From the NCBI GenBank assembly GCA_963828825.1, contig CAWHGF010000008.1:17608-81607 (forward strand): DNA of 64,000 nucleotides, in the 5' to 3' direction. The number at the start of each line of letters is the position of its first letter. Positions within the stretch are counted from its first letter, which is position 1. Positions 18,245 through 26,199 of this stretch are shown here, piece after piece. Source of the stretch: an uncultured Acidimicrobiaceae bacterium. GTDB lineage: Bacteria; Actinomycetota; Acidimicrobiia; Acidimicrobiales; RAAP-2. The notes under the pieces are model-generated. The model searched no databases. It was not told the DNA's origin and was given only the letters and a program-made list of their open reading frames with translations. Made by a program: the position numbers and the translations under genes.

Positions 18245-19066
18245 TCACGGATGCTGGCTGCTCACGGAGATGACCTCTCCGGAGAGATAGGACGAGTAGT
18301 CGCTGGCCAGGAACACAATGACATTGGCCACCTCCCATGTCTCAGCGCCGCGCCCGAAGAGCTCGCGGCGGCGCAGCACGGCGAGATCCTCGTCGGGGAT
18401 GGCCCGGTTCAGGAACGGGTGCTCCGCCAGGCTGGGCGACACGGCATTGACCCGGACCCCCGCCGGGGCCGCCTCCGCCGCCGCACAGCGGGTGAGCGCC
18501 ATCACGCCGGCCTTGGCCGCGGCGTAGTGCGCCTGGCCCGGCTGCGCCCGCCAGCCGAGCACCGAGGCGTTGTTCACGATGACCCCCGCCTTCTGGGGCA
18601 GCATCACGGTCAGCGCGGCGCGCGTGCAGCGGAAGGTGCCCGTCAGCGTGATGTCGAGCACCGTGGACCACTGCGCATCGGTCATCTCCACGAGCGGGAC
18701 CGTGCCCCCGAGCCCGGCGTTGTGCACAGCCACGTCAATACGGCCAAAGCGCGCCACGGCACCCTCGTAGAGCGCTCCCACCTGCGCCTCGTCCCGCACG
18801 TCACAGGCCAACGCATGCACGCGACCCGACCCCTCCGCCCCCGCCTCGCCCGTCAGCTGCTCGGCCGCTTCGGCCAGGCGCCGTTCGTGGGAGTCGGACA
18901 GCAGCACCGAGGCACCCTCCTCCAAGCAGCGTCGGGCGGTCGCCGATCCGATGCCGGTGCCGGCCGCCGCGGTCACGACGACGACCTTGCCCTCCAACAG
19001 CCCGTGGCCCCCCGGGGGCGGCGGAGCGGGCGGCGGGTCGAAGGACGCATCGAGACTGGTGCTCAC
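18245..19066 (-). CDS. SDR-family oxidoreductase
   Basis: ORF track, 273 aa. It has VVVVTAAAGTGIGSATA (a TGxxxGxG variant), NNAS and YAAAKAG (YxxxK). The start overlaps the upstream stop. Confidence 0.85.
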   Translation of the reverse strand: MSTSLDASFDPPPAPPPPGGHGLLEGKVVVVTAAAGTGIGSATARRCLEEGASVLLSDSHERRLAEAAEQLTGEAGAEGSGRVHALACDVRDEAQVGALYEGAVARFGRIDVAVHNAGLGGTVPLVEMTDAQWSTVLDITLTGTFRCTRAALTVMLPQKAGVIVNNASVLGWRAQPGQAHYAAAKAGVMALTRCAAAEAAPAGVRVNAVSPSLAEHPFLNRAIPDEDLAVLRRRELFGRGAETWEVANVIVFLASDYSSYLSGEVISVSSQHP

Positions 19067-20268
19067 GCCACCCCTTTTGGCTCGGGCGGCAGGCCGAGCA
19101 CCCGCTCGCCGATGATGTTGCGCTGAATCTGGTTGGACCCACCGTAAATGGTCTCCGAGCGCGCGAAGAGAAAGGAGCGCTGGAGCTCACCCAGCCCGTA
19201 CCCGCCGTTCTCGGGGAGCGGCCTCCCGTCCAGGACGGTCGCCGCCGGCCCCAGAATGCCCATGGTCAACTCGCCGAGGCGCCGGTGCCAGCTCCCCCAG
19301 TACAGCTTGGCAATGGAGGCCTCGGGCGGGGCCACGGGCCCTTCGACCCCGGCGAGGCTGCGCAGCGTGTTGTACCGCATGATCGTCAGCTCAATGTGGG
19401 CCTGGGCCAGCTGCTGGCGCACCACCGGGTCACGCGCCTTGCCGTTCTCCTCCGCCAGCGCCACCACCCGGTCCAGCTCGCGCCGGAACCCGAGCTGGTG
19501 GCCGAGCAGCGCCACGCCGCGCTCGAAGGCCAGGGTGGCCAGCGCCACAGGCCAGCCCTCTCCGACGCCGCCCACCACGTTGTCGATATCGGTGCGGGCG
19601 CCGTCGAAGAACACCTCGTTGAATTCGCTGGTGCGGGTGAGCTGGGTGATGGGCCGCACCTCGATGCCCGGTTGGTCCATGGGCACCAGCAGATAGGACA
19701 GCCCCTTGTGGCGCGCCGAGTCGGGGTCGGTCCGGCAGACCACGAAGCACCAATCCGCCAGGTGGGCCAGTGACGTCCACACCTTCTGTCCCGTGACCAC
19801 CCAGTGATCGCCGTCGCGCTCGGCCCTGGTCTTGACATTGGCCAGGTCGCTGCCGGCATCGGGCTCGGAATAGCCCTGGCACCACAGCTCGCCGCCCGCC
19901 CGGATGGGCGGGAGGAAACGGGCCTTCTGCTCGGGCGTGCCGTAGTGGATCAGCGTCGGGCCGAGCAGTCCCTCCCCCATGACGTTGACCCGCCCCGGGG
20001 CCGCCGCCCGGGCGTACTCCTCGTTGAAGATGACCTGCTCGGTCATGGTCGCACCCCGACCCCCGTGCTCGACCGGCCAGCCCAGGCACGTCCACCGTTC
20101 CCCCGCCAGCACCTTCTCCCAGCGCCGCCGCACCTCGAAGCCGAAGGTCTCGTCGCCCGAGCCGCCCCGCCCCCCGAGGTCGGCGAATTCCCCCACCAGG
20201 TGCTCTCGCAAGAAGTCCCGGACCTCCTGGCGGAACGCCACGTCCTCGGGGCGGTCGCGCAGATCCAT
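19063..20268 (-). CDS. acyl-CoA dehydrogenase
   Basis: Frame of ORF 19063..20295, starting at ATG 20268 (MDLRDRPEDVAFRQEVRDFL). The blocks WCQGYSEPDAGSDLANVKTRAE and IYGGSNQIQRNIIGERVLGLP are present. Confidence 0.85.
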   Translation of the reverse strand: MDLRDRPEDVAFRQEVRDFLREHLVGEFADLGGRGGSGDETFGFEVRRRWEKVLAGERWTCLGWPVEHGGRGATMTEQVIFNEEYARAAAPGRVNVMGEGLLGPTLIHYGTPEQKARFLPPIRAGGELWCQGYSEPDAGSDLANVKTRAERDGDHWVVTGQKVWTSLAHLADWCFVVCRTDPDSARHKGLSYLLVPMDQPGIEVRPITQLTRTSEFNEVFFDGARTDIDNVVGGVGEGWPVALATLAFERGVALLGHQLGFRRELDRVVALAEENGKARDPVVRQQLAQAHIELTIMRYNTLRSLAGVEGPVAPPEASIAKLYWGSWHRRLGELTMGILGPAATVLDGRPLPENGGYGLGELQRSFLFARSETIYGGSNQIQRNIIGERVLGLPPEPKGVA

Positions 20269-20313
20269 CGCCGGGGAGCGTAGCCAAGCCGGCACGCTCG
20301 ACCTGACGGGTCG

Positions 20314-21849
20314 TCAGATCCCGGCCGTGGCCGGCAACCACGCCGGGGCGTGGGAGCCGATGGGTGACGTGGGCACCTCCCAGCGGCCCGGCGTGAGCGG
20401 GAGGTGGGCCACTGGGCCCAGGTGGTGCAGCCGCCCGTAGGGCGTGTCACTGCTGACGACGTAGGGCGCGAGGTCGCCGAAACCGGTCACGTCGCCGACC
20501 GAGGCCGGAGCCTCGGTGAACCAGCGGGCGGTCTGACACAGCGAGGAGCGCACGTGATAGCTGCCCCCCTCGCGGGCCCGCCGCCACAGGGCGGCCATCG
20601 TGCCCAGGGCAGCGAGGTACCCCGTGGTGTAGTCGCACGCCGCGGCGGGCAGCAGCGCGGGACGGTCCGGCCCGCCCTGGCCGATGACCATGCCCGAGGT
20701 GGTCTGGGCCATCTGCTCCCACCCCGGGCGCAGCCGCCAGGGCCCGGCATCGCCGTAGCAATTGATGGTCACCACGACGATGCCGGGCCGCAACTCCGCC
20801 AACTCCTCGGGACCGAAGCCCCGCCGCGCCAGGGAGCCGCCCCGGTAGCCCTGGGTGAACACGTCGGCGTCCGCCGCCAGATCGCGCAACGTCGCCATGC
20901 CGGCGGGATCGTCGAGCTCCAGGCAGCACGAGCGCTTGCCGTGGCTGGTGTCCATCACGAAGAGTGGGATGTTCTCCAGCCGGGACGAGTTCACCAGCAG
21001 CACCTCTGCCCCGTGCTCGGCGAGCGTGCGCGCGTTGGTCGGCCCGGCCAGCAGTCGGCTGAGGTCGAGCACCCGCACCCCGTCGAGCGGGCGCCGCATG
21101 CCGCGGGGTGGCTCCGGGGCGCTCTCCCCGATCTTCTCCACGCTGACCCGTCCCAGCGGTGCGACGGCCGCCGCCTGCGGATGGGCCGACCACTCCGCGA
21201 CCGTGCGGGCCATGGCGCCACATGTCCCTGCGTCGGCCAGCGCGTCCTCGAGCGCCGGCGCGTCCCACCGGGCGACCCTCCCCGCGACCGCCTCGGCACC
21301 GCTGTCGACGTCGCATCCGAGGACCTCGCAGGTGCGGGCGCCGAGGTGGGCGAACGCGCCGTGCAGATGGATCCAGCGACCGTCACGGCAGCGGTACAGC
21401 CGGACGAGCGGGCGCTCGAGGCGCATCGGCGCGACCGGCAGCTCGCCGCCCTCGAGCCGCTGGAGCTGGAACCCGACCAGGGACGCCCCTGCGTGCCGGC
21501 GCGCCACGCTGACCCGTTGCGCCTCGCCGGTGCGCTCCTCCCACAGCAGCGACGCCGCCGCGCCGATGCAACCCAGAACCGAGGCGGCACATTCGACCAC
21601 GGGGAACGGCGTGGCGTAGAGCTGTCCTTCGCCTTTGAGGTCCACCCGTTCGACCAGGGCGGCGGGCAGCCCCACCTCGCTCAACAGCCCCGGGACCAGC
21701 TCCGCACCCACGCCGGCATCGTAGGGCGGCACCGGCGCCGGGCGGGGCGCCGCCCGACCCTGGAATACTGGCCCGCGCAGCACGACATCGCGCACCACGC
21801 CACGACCACCGTGGCACGGGCGGGGTGCGGGAGGGAGGGAGGAAGACAT
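20314..21849 (-). CDS. family III (CaiB/BaiF) CoA-transferase with ~240-aa N-terminal extension
   Basis: ORF track, 511 aa. The canonical family-III start PLDGVRVLDLSRLLAGPTNARTLAEHGAEVLLV appears only at about residue 245. The true start is uncertain because ATG 21849 overlaps the divergent ATG 21848. Confidence 0.7.
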   Translation of the reverse strand: MSSSLPPAPRPCHGGRGVVRDVVLRGPVFQGRAAPRPAPVPPYDAGVGAELVPGLLSEVGLPAALVERVDLKGEGQLYATPFPVVECAASVLGCIGAAASLLWEERTGEAQRVSVARRHAGASLVGFQLQRLEGGELPVAPMRLERPLVRLYRCRDGRWIHLHGAFAHLGARTCEVLGCDVDSGAEAVAGRVARWDAPALEDALADAGTCGAMARTVAEWSAHPQAAAVAPLGRVSVEKIGESAPEPPRGMRRPLDGVRVLDLSRLLAGPTNARTLAEHGAEVLLVNSSRLENIPLFVMDTSHGKRSCCLELDDPAGMATLRDLAADADVFTQGYRGGSLARRGFGPEELAELRPGIVVVTINCYGDAGPWRLRPGWEQMAQTTSGMVIGQGGPDRPALLPAAACDYTTGYLAALGTMAALWRRAREGGSYHVRSSLCQTARWFTEAPASVGDVTGFGDLAPYVVSSDTPYGRLHHLGPVAHLPLTPGRWEVPTSPIGSHAPAWLPATAGI

Positions 21850-23053
21850 GGCCTACTCCCAGGGCCGGATCGTCCACGACGCCGACGCCCACATCATGGA
21901 GACGCCGACCTGGCTGCGCGACCACGCGGAAGCCGCCTACCGGGACCGGCTGCCGGTCCTGCGGTACCCGGGCGGGAACGAACTGCGCCAAACCGGCGAC
22001 CCGGCCGACCAGCAGCGTGATCTGGAGGCTTCGTTCGACGCGCTGCGCGCCCGGCACGCCTCGCCCGAGTACCGGGCCCACGAGGAGGCCGAGATCATGG
22101 CGCGCAAGAACTTCGCCGCCACCGGAGCCTTCATCGCCGAGGACCGAGCCCGCGCCCTCGATCTCCTCGGGTTTTCGAGCCAGCTCGTCTTCAACACGTT
22201 CCACAACGGGCGCCTGCACGACATGGAGCACACCGACCCCGACCTCGCCTACGCCGCCGCCCGAGCCCACAACCGGGGCATGCTCGAGTTCTGCTCGGTC
22301 GACCCGCGTCTGCTCCCCTCCCTGTACGTCCCACTGGTCGACCCGGCCCGGGCCGCGGCCGCCACTGACGACGCACTGGAACAAGGCGCGGCGGCAGTGC
22401 TGGTCGCCTCGGGCTGCCCGCCGCGGCACTCGCCCAGCCACACCGACCTGTTCGGCGTGTGGGCCCGGGCCGAAGAGGCCGGCATCCCCGTCGTGTTCCA
22501 CGTCGGGGGCACGGGGACCCTCATCGACCCCAACTACTTCGTCAACGGGAAACCCGTCCCGCCCGACTTCCACGGTGGCGAGGAGAACTTCCGCTCCGTG
22601 GACTACATGGGCATCCCGGTCCCGCCGGCCCAGACGCTGGCCACGTTGATCTTCGACGGGGTGCTCGAGGCGTTTCCGGACCTGCACGTCGGCGTCATTG
22701 AGCAGGGCGCCATCTGGGTGCCGTCCTGGCTGCGCCAGATGGAGTCGGCCTTCGAGGCCTTCCACCGCCACGAGGAGCGCCTGCAGGCGCTGTCGCTCCG
22801 GCCGAGCGACTACGTGCACCGCCAGTGCCGGTTCACGCCCTACCCCACGGAGGATGTCGGGTGGATCGTGGAGCAGGCCGGCGCCGACCTCGTGATGTTC
22901 TCGTCCGACTATCCGCACGTGGAGGGAGGGCGCAAGCCCCTGGAGCGCTTCGAGGCCTCGCTGGGTGATGCCGGTGTCGAGGTTCGCCAACAATTCTACG
23001 CCGACAACTTCCTGTTCCTCATGGGCAGCGCAGCCGCCGCGCTGGCAGCCTGA
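21848..23053 (+). CDS. amidohydrolase-2 (ACMSD-like metal-dependent hydrolase) family protein
   Basis: ORF track, 401 aa. IVHDADAHIME at the N-terminus and FSSDYPHVEGG near the C-terminus are typical metal-ligand blocks. Confidence 0.75.
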   Translation: MAYSQGRIVHDADAHIMETPTWLRDHAEAAYRDRLPVLRYPGGNELRQTGDPADQQRDLEASFDALRARHASPEYRAHEEAEIMARKNFAATGAFIAEDRARALDLLGFSSQLVFNTFHNGRLHDMEHTDPDLAYAAARAHNRGMLEFCSVDPRLLPSLYVPLVDPARAAAATDDALEQGAAAVLVASGCPPRHSPSHTDLFGVWARAEEAGIPVVFHVGGTGTLIDPNYFVNGKPVPPDFHGGEENFRSVDYMGIPVPPAQTLATLIFDGVLEAFPDLHVGVIEQGAIWVPSWLRQMESAFEAFHRHEERLQALSLRPSDYVHRQCRFTPYPTEDVGWIVEQAGADLVMFSSDYPHVEGGRKPLERFEASLGDAGVEVRQQFYADNFLFLMGSAAAALAA

Positions 23054-23056
23054 AGC

Positions 23057-24250
23057 GTGAGCACGACCGACGCCACCGTCGTCACCGGTCTCGTCGAGCC
23101 GGGATTCGAGGGGGTCCGTGCCGCTTTCGCGGCCAACTTCGCGGCGGGGCACGAGGTCGGCGCGGCGCTGTGCGTCCACGTCGGGGGGCGCAGGGTCGTC
23201 GACCTCTGCGGGGGCAGCTTCGACGCCGAGGGGACCCGGCCCTACGGCCCCGACTCCCTGCAGCTCGTGTTCTCCTCCACGAAGGGCGCCACCGCGGCCT
23301 GCGCCAACCTGCTGGCCCAACGCGGACTCTTGGACCTGGACGCTCCGGTCGCCGACTACTGGCCCGAGTTCGCCCAGGCCGGCAAGGAGACCCTGCCAGT
23401 CCGCTACCTCCTCTCGCACCAGGCGGGGCTGCCCGCCATCGATCGCACGCTGACACCCGAGGAGGTGCAGACCTGGGACCCGGTGATCGACGCCCTCGCC
23501 GCGCAGGCTCCGTTCTGGGAGCCGGGGACGGCGCACGGGTACCACACGCTCACCTACGGCTATCTCGTCGGCGAGGTGGTGCGGCGCATCAGCGGCCGCT
23601 CGCTTGGGACCTTCTTCGCCGAGGAGGTGGCGGGGCCTCTCGGCCTCGAATTCTTCATCGGGCTCCCCGCCGCGCTCGAGCCCCGGGTCTCCCCCGTCGT
23701 GGTGGCGCCGATCGGGGGGGCCGCCCAGAGCGGGGAAGGCTACGCGTCCACACTGCTCGCGCGCGCCCTCAACATGGGTGGTGCGTTCCGGGACCGGGCC
23801 TGGATGAACCGCCCCGCCTGGCACGCCGCCGAGGTCCCCGGGGGCAATGGCATCACAAATGCGACCTCACTGTCGCGGCTGTACGCCGGGCTCGTCGGCA
23901 CCGTGGAGGGGGGGCCACCGAGCGCCCTTCTCACTCCCGAGCAGACCGAAGCGGCTCGCACCGTCCTGACCTTCGGCGAGGACCGGGTCTTCGCATCAGT
24001 TGGCTTCCCGCTGAAGCAGAAGATCGGGCTCGGGTTCTGGCGGGCCAGCCCCGCCGCCACCTGGGGTGGTGCGGGTTCCTTCGGCCACGGCGGTGCCGGC
24101 GGCTCCTACGGCTTCGCGGACCCCGAGCACCAGCTGGCCATCGGCTACGTCATGAACAAGATGGCCGAGGGTGTGGTGGTCGACCCCCGGTCGTCGGGGA
24201 TCATCAAGGCCACCTACACCGCCCTCGGGGCGCGGGCGAAATACTTCTGA
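23057..24250 (+). CDS. serine hydrolase, beta-lactamase/esterase (class C-like) family
   Basis: ORF track, 397 aa. It has the SxxK motif in VFSSTKGATAA, plus YLLSHQAGLP and FGHGGAGGSYGFADP. Confidence 0.8.
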   Translation: MSTTDATVVTGLVEPGFEGVRAAFAANFAAGHEVGAALCVHVGGRRVVDLCGGSFDAEGTRPYGPDSLQLVFSSTKGATAACANLLAQRGLLDLDAPVADYWPEFAQAGKETLPVRYLLSHQAGLPAIDRTLTPEEVQTWDPVIDALAAQAPFWEPGTAHGYHTLTYGYLVGEVVRRISGRSLGTFFAEEVAGPLGLEFFIGLPAALEPRVSPVVVAPIGGAAQSGEGYASTLLARALNMGGAFRDRAWMNRPAWHAAEVPGGNGITNATSLSRLYAGLVGTVEGGPPSALLTPEQTEAARTVLTFGEDRVFASVGFPLKQKIGLGFWRASPAATWGGAGSFGHGGAGGSYGFADPEHQLAIGYVMNKMAEGVVVDPRSSGIIKATYTALGARAKYF

Positions 24251-24288
24251 ACACGGACCGGTTGTGAACGTAGGAAGAAAGGTTGGAA

Positions 24289-24753
24289 ATGTTCTCGCGT
24301 AAGTCCGCCGCAGTAGAGACGTCGTTCGAAGTTTCCAAGACCGACGACGAGTGGCGGGAACTGCTCCCCGCCGACCGTTACGCCGTCCTGCGCCGTGCGG
24401 GTACCGAGCCTGCGTGGTCGGGCGACCTGCTGCATGTCGACGGCGAGGGCGTGTTCCGCTGCGCCGGGTGCGGCGCCGAGCTGTTCGACACGCAGGCCAA
24501 GTTCGAGTCCGGCACCGGCTGGCCCAGCTTCGACCGGGCACGCTCCGCCGGCACTGTCATTGAGCACAGGGACCGCAGCTTCGGCATGGCGCGCACCGAG
24601 ATCCTGTGCGCCCGGTGCGGGGGCCATCTGGGGCACGTTTTCCCCGACGGGCCCACCGATACGGGGCAGCGTTACTGCGTCAACTCGCTCTCGCTGACCT
24701 ACGAGCCCGCCGGCGGAGCCGACGAGACAGAAGGAACGGCGAGCGGGGTCTGA
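24289..24753 (+). CDS. msrB: peptide-methionine (R)-S-oxide reductase MsrB
   Basis: Frame of ORF 24283..24753. ATG 24289 follows AGGAAGAAAGG. Motifs are GVFRCAGCGAELF, GTGWPSF, CARCGGHLGHVFPDGP and RYCVNS. Confidence 0.9.
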   Translation: MFSRKSAAVETSFEVSKTDDEWRELLPADRYAVLRRAGTEPAWSGDLLHVDGEGVFRCAGCGAELFDTQAKFESGTGWPSFDRARSAGTVIEHRDRSFGMARTEILCARCGGHLGHVFPDGPTDTGQRYCVNSLSLTYEPAGGADETEGTASGV

Positions 24754-24835
24754 TCCTCCGCCGGCGGTCGCAGCAGGGCGGTACCGAGGGCGAGCGCACC
24801 GCCGATGTCGACCACCTCCTCCCGCAGGAAGTCGA

Positions 24836-25021
24836 TCATGTCGAGCGACGGCCCGGGTGCTGCCGGGCGCGCCCGCGCCGCAGGAGTGCGACGGCGAACC
24901 CGAGCACGCCCGCCGTCGCGACCCCGACGACGACCGGGTCGACCACGAGACGTTCCGTCGCACCGGCCACATGCGCCGTCAGGGCCGGCCATCCGGTCGT
25001 GGTGATCAGCCAGGGCATCAC
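24836..25021 (-). CDS. small hydrophobic protein, abutting the ssb stop (possible translational coupling)
   Basis: ORF track, 61 aa. The ATG lies immediately after the ssb TGA. GC3 read by eye is very high. There is one hydrophobic span, VVDPVVVGVATAGVLGFAVALL. No family recognised. Confidence 0.35.
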   Translation of the reverse strand: MMPWLITTTGWPALTAHVAGATERLVVDPVVVGVATAGVLGFAVALLRRGRARQHPGRRST

Positions 25022-25444
25022 TCAGACCTGGACCGCCAACGCGTCGGCCCCGCCGGCATCGGCGCCCTCCGGTGAGGCCGTCCCCCGCCGCTCGACCTTG
25101 TGGACGTCGGCTGTGGCGAAGCGCAGGCTGGGTCCGACCTCATCCGCCGTGATCTCCACCTTGGAACGGTGCTCCCCCTCCTCGGTCTCCCAGGTCCGGT
25201 GCTCCAGCCGACCCGTCACGACGACCCGCATGCCCTTGGTGAGGCTCAGCGCGACGTTCTCCGCCAGGTCGCGCCAACAGATGACGTCGAAGAAGGACGT
25301 CGACTCCTGCCACTCCTGGGTCGTGCGGTCCTGCCACCGACGGTTGACGGCGACGCCGAGCTGGGCCGTCGCCTGTCCCTCGCGGGTGTAGCGGATCTCT
25401 GGTTCACGGGTCAGGTTCCCGGTGATCGTCGTGGTGTTGGCCAT
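25022..25444 (-). CDS. ssb: single-stranded DNA-binding protein paralogue lacking the acidic C-terminal tip
   Basis: Frame of ORF 25022..25450; the second ATG (25444) has GAGG at -9. The OB fold reads MANTTTITGNLTREPEIRYTREGQATAQLGVAVNRRW...FFDVICWRDLAENVALSLTKGMRVVVTGRL. The C-terminus ...GGADALAVQV has no D-D-D-(I/L)-P-F type tail. Confidence 0.85.
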   Translation of the reverse strand: MANTTTITGNLTREPEIRYTREGQATAQLGVAVNRRWQDRTTQEWQESTSFFDVICWRDLAENVALSLTKGMRVVVTGRLEHRTWETEEGEHRSKVEITADEVGPSLRFATADVHKVERRGTASPEGADAGGADALAVQV

Positions 25445-25719
25445 CTGCATCCTCGCTTTCGTCGGGCCCTCCTCCGAGGGCGCGACGCAGCGTGGTGACC
25501 CCGGCTTGGCGGGAACCTTGCCGCGAACCTTGCCAGGGCGGAATTTCCCCGTCGCCGGCCCTCAGACTCAGGACTTCGGCTTCATCCCCAGGCGGCGAAG
25601 CACGAACGCGCCGAAGCGCCCGGCGGGCTTGCCCTGCGGATGATGGTCGGCCGAGTGCCCGTCGCGGGCACCACACTCGGGTCCACTGACGCCCCGGGGG
25701 TGAGACCGAACAGCGGTAA

Positions 25720-25995
25720 CTAGTCGCGACCGCCCCGGAGCGTGCGACCGCCAATGACGTAGAGGGTCACACCGATGACGAGCGATCCGACGATGACCCA
25801 ACGCACGGCATCCGTCTCGAGCGTCGTCGGTGCCCCACTCGAACTGATCTCGGCGAAGCCCCCGCCGATCACGAGCGCGACGAAGGCCAGGATGCCGCAG
25901 ACCAGCGAGCCTTTGCGGGCGTTGTTGCAGAAGAACCGGGATTGCGACGAGTCGTGCTTGGACCCGTTGGAGGTTTCGTCCCTGCGACTCGTCAC
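25720..25995 (-). CDS. small two-helix membrane protein
   Basis: Frame of ORF 25720..26073. Good GC3 and two hydrophobic helices (LVCGILAFVALVIGGGF, WVIVGSLVIGVTLYVIG). The start at GTG 25995 is tentative. Confidence 0.45.
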   Translation of the reverse strand: MTSRRDETSNGSKHDSSQSRFFCNNARKGSLVCGILAFVALVIGGGFAEISSSGAPTTLETDAVRWVIVGSLVIGVTLYVIGGRTLRGGRD

Positions 25996-26199
25996 CCTTT
26001 GCTGCCTGCGCACTCGGCGACCTCGCCGATGTCGAGGAGTTCCCGCATTGACGTGAAGGGTACCGCAAGCCAATTTGCGGTCTCACAGAGGGCAGCCATG
26101 GCCCCGCGCGTCCGCCCGACGGGTCGCTCGTCTTCCGGACTCGGATGCCCCCGGGACGCAACCTGATCGCACCCTGACCAACCCCCATGGGAGGGTAGG

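Noticed and set aside
21383-23824. 813-aa minus-strand ORF.
   Set aside because: It is antisense to the amidohydrolase and beta-lactamase-fold genes, which carry clear family motifs. This is a shadow ORF.
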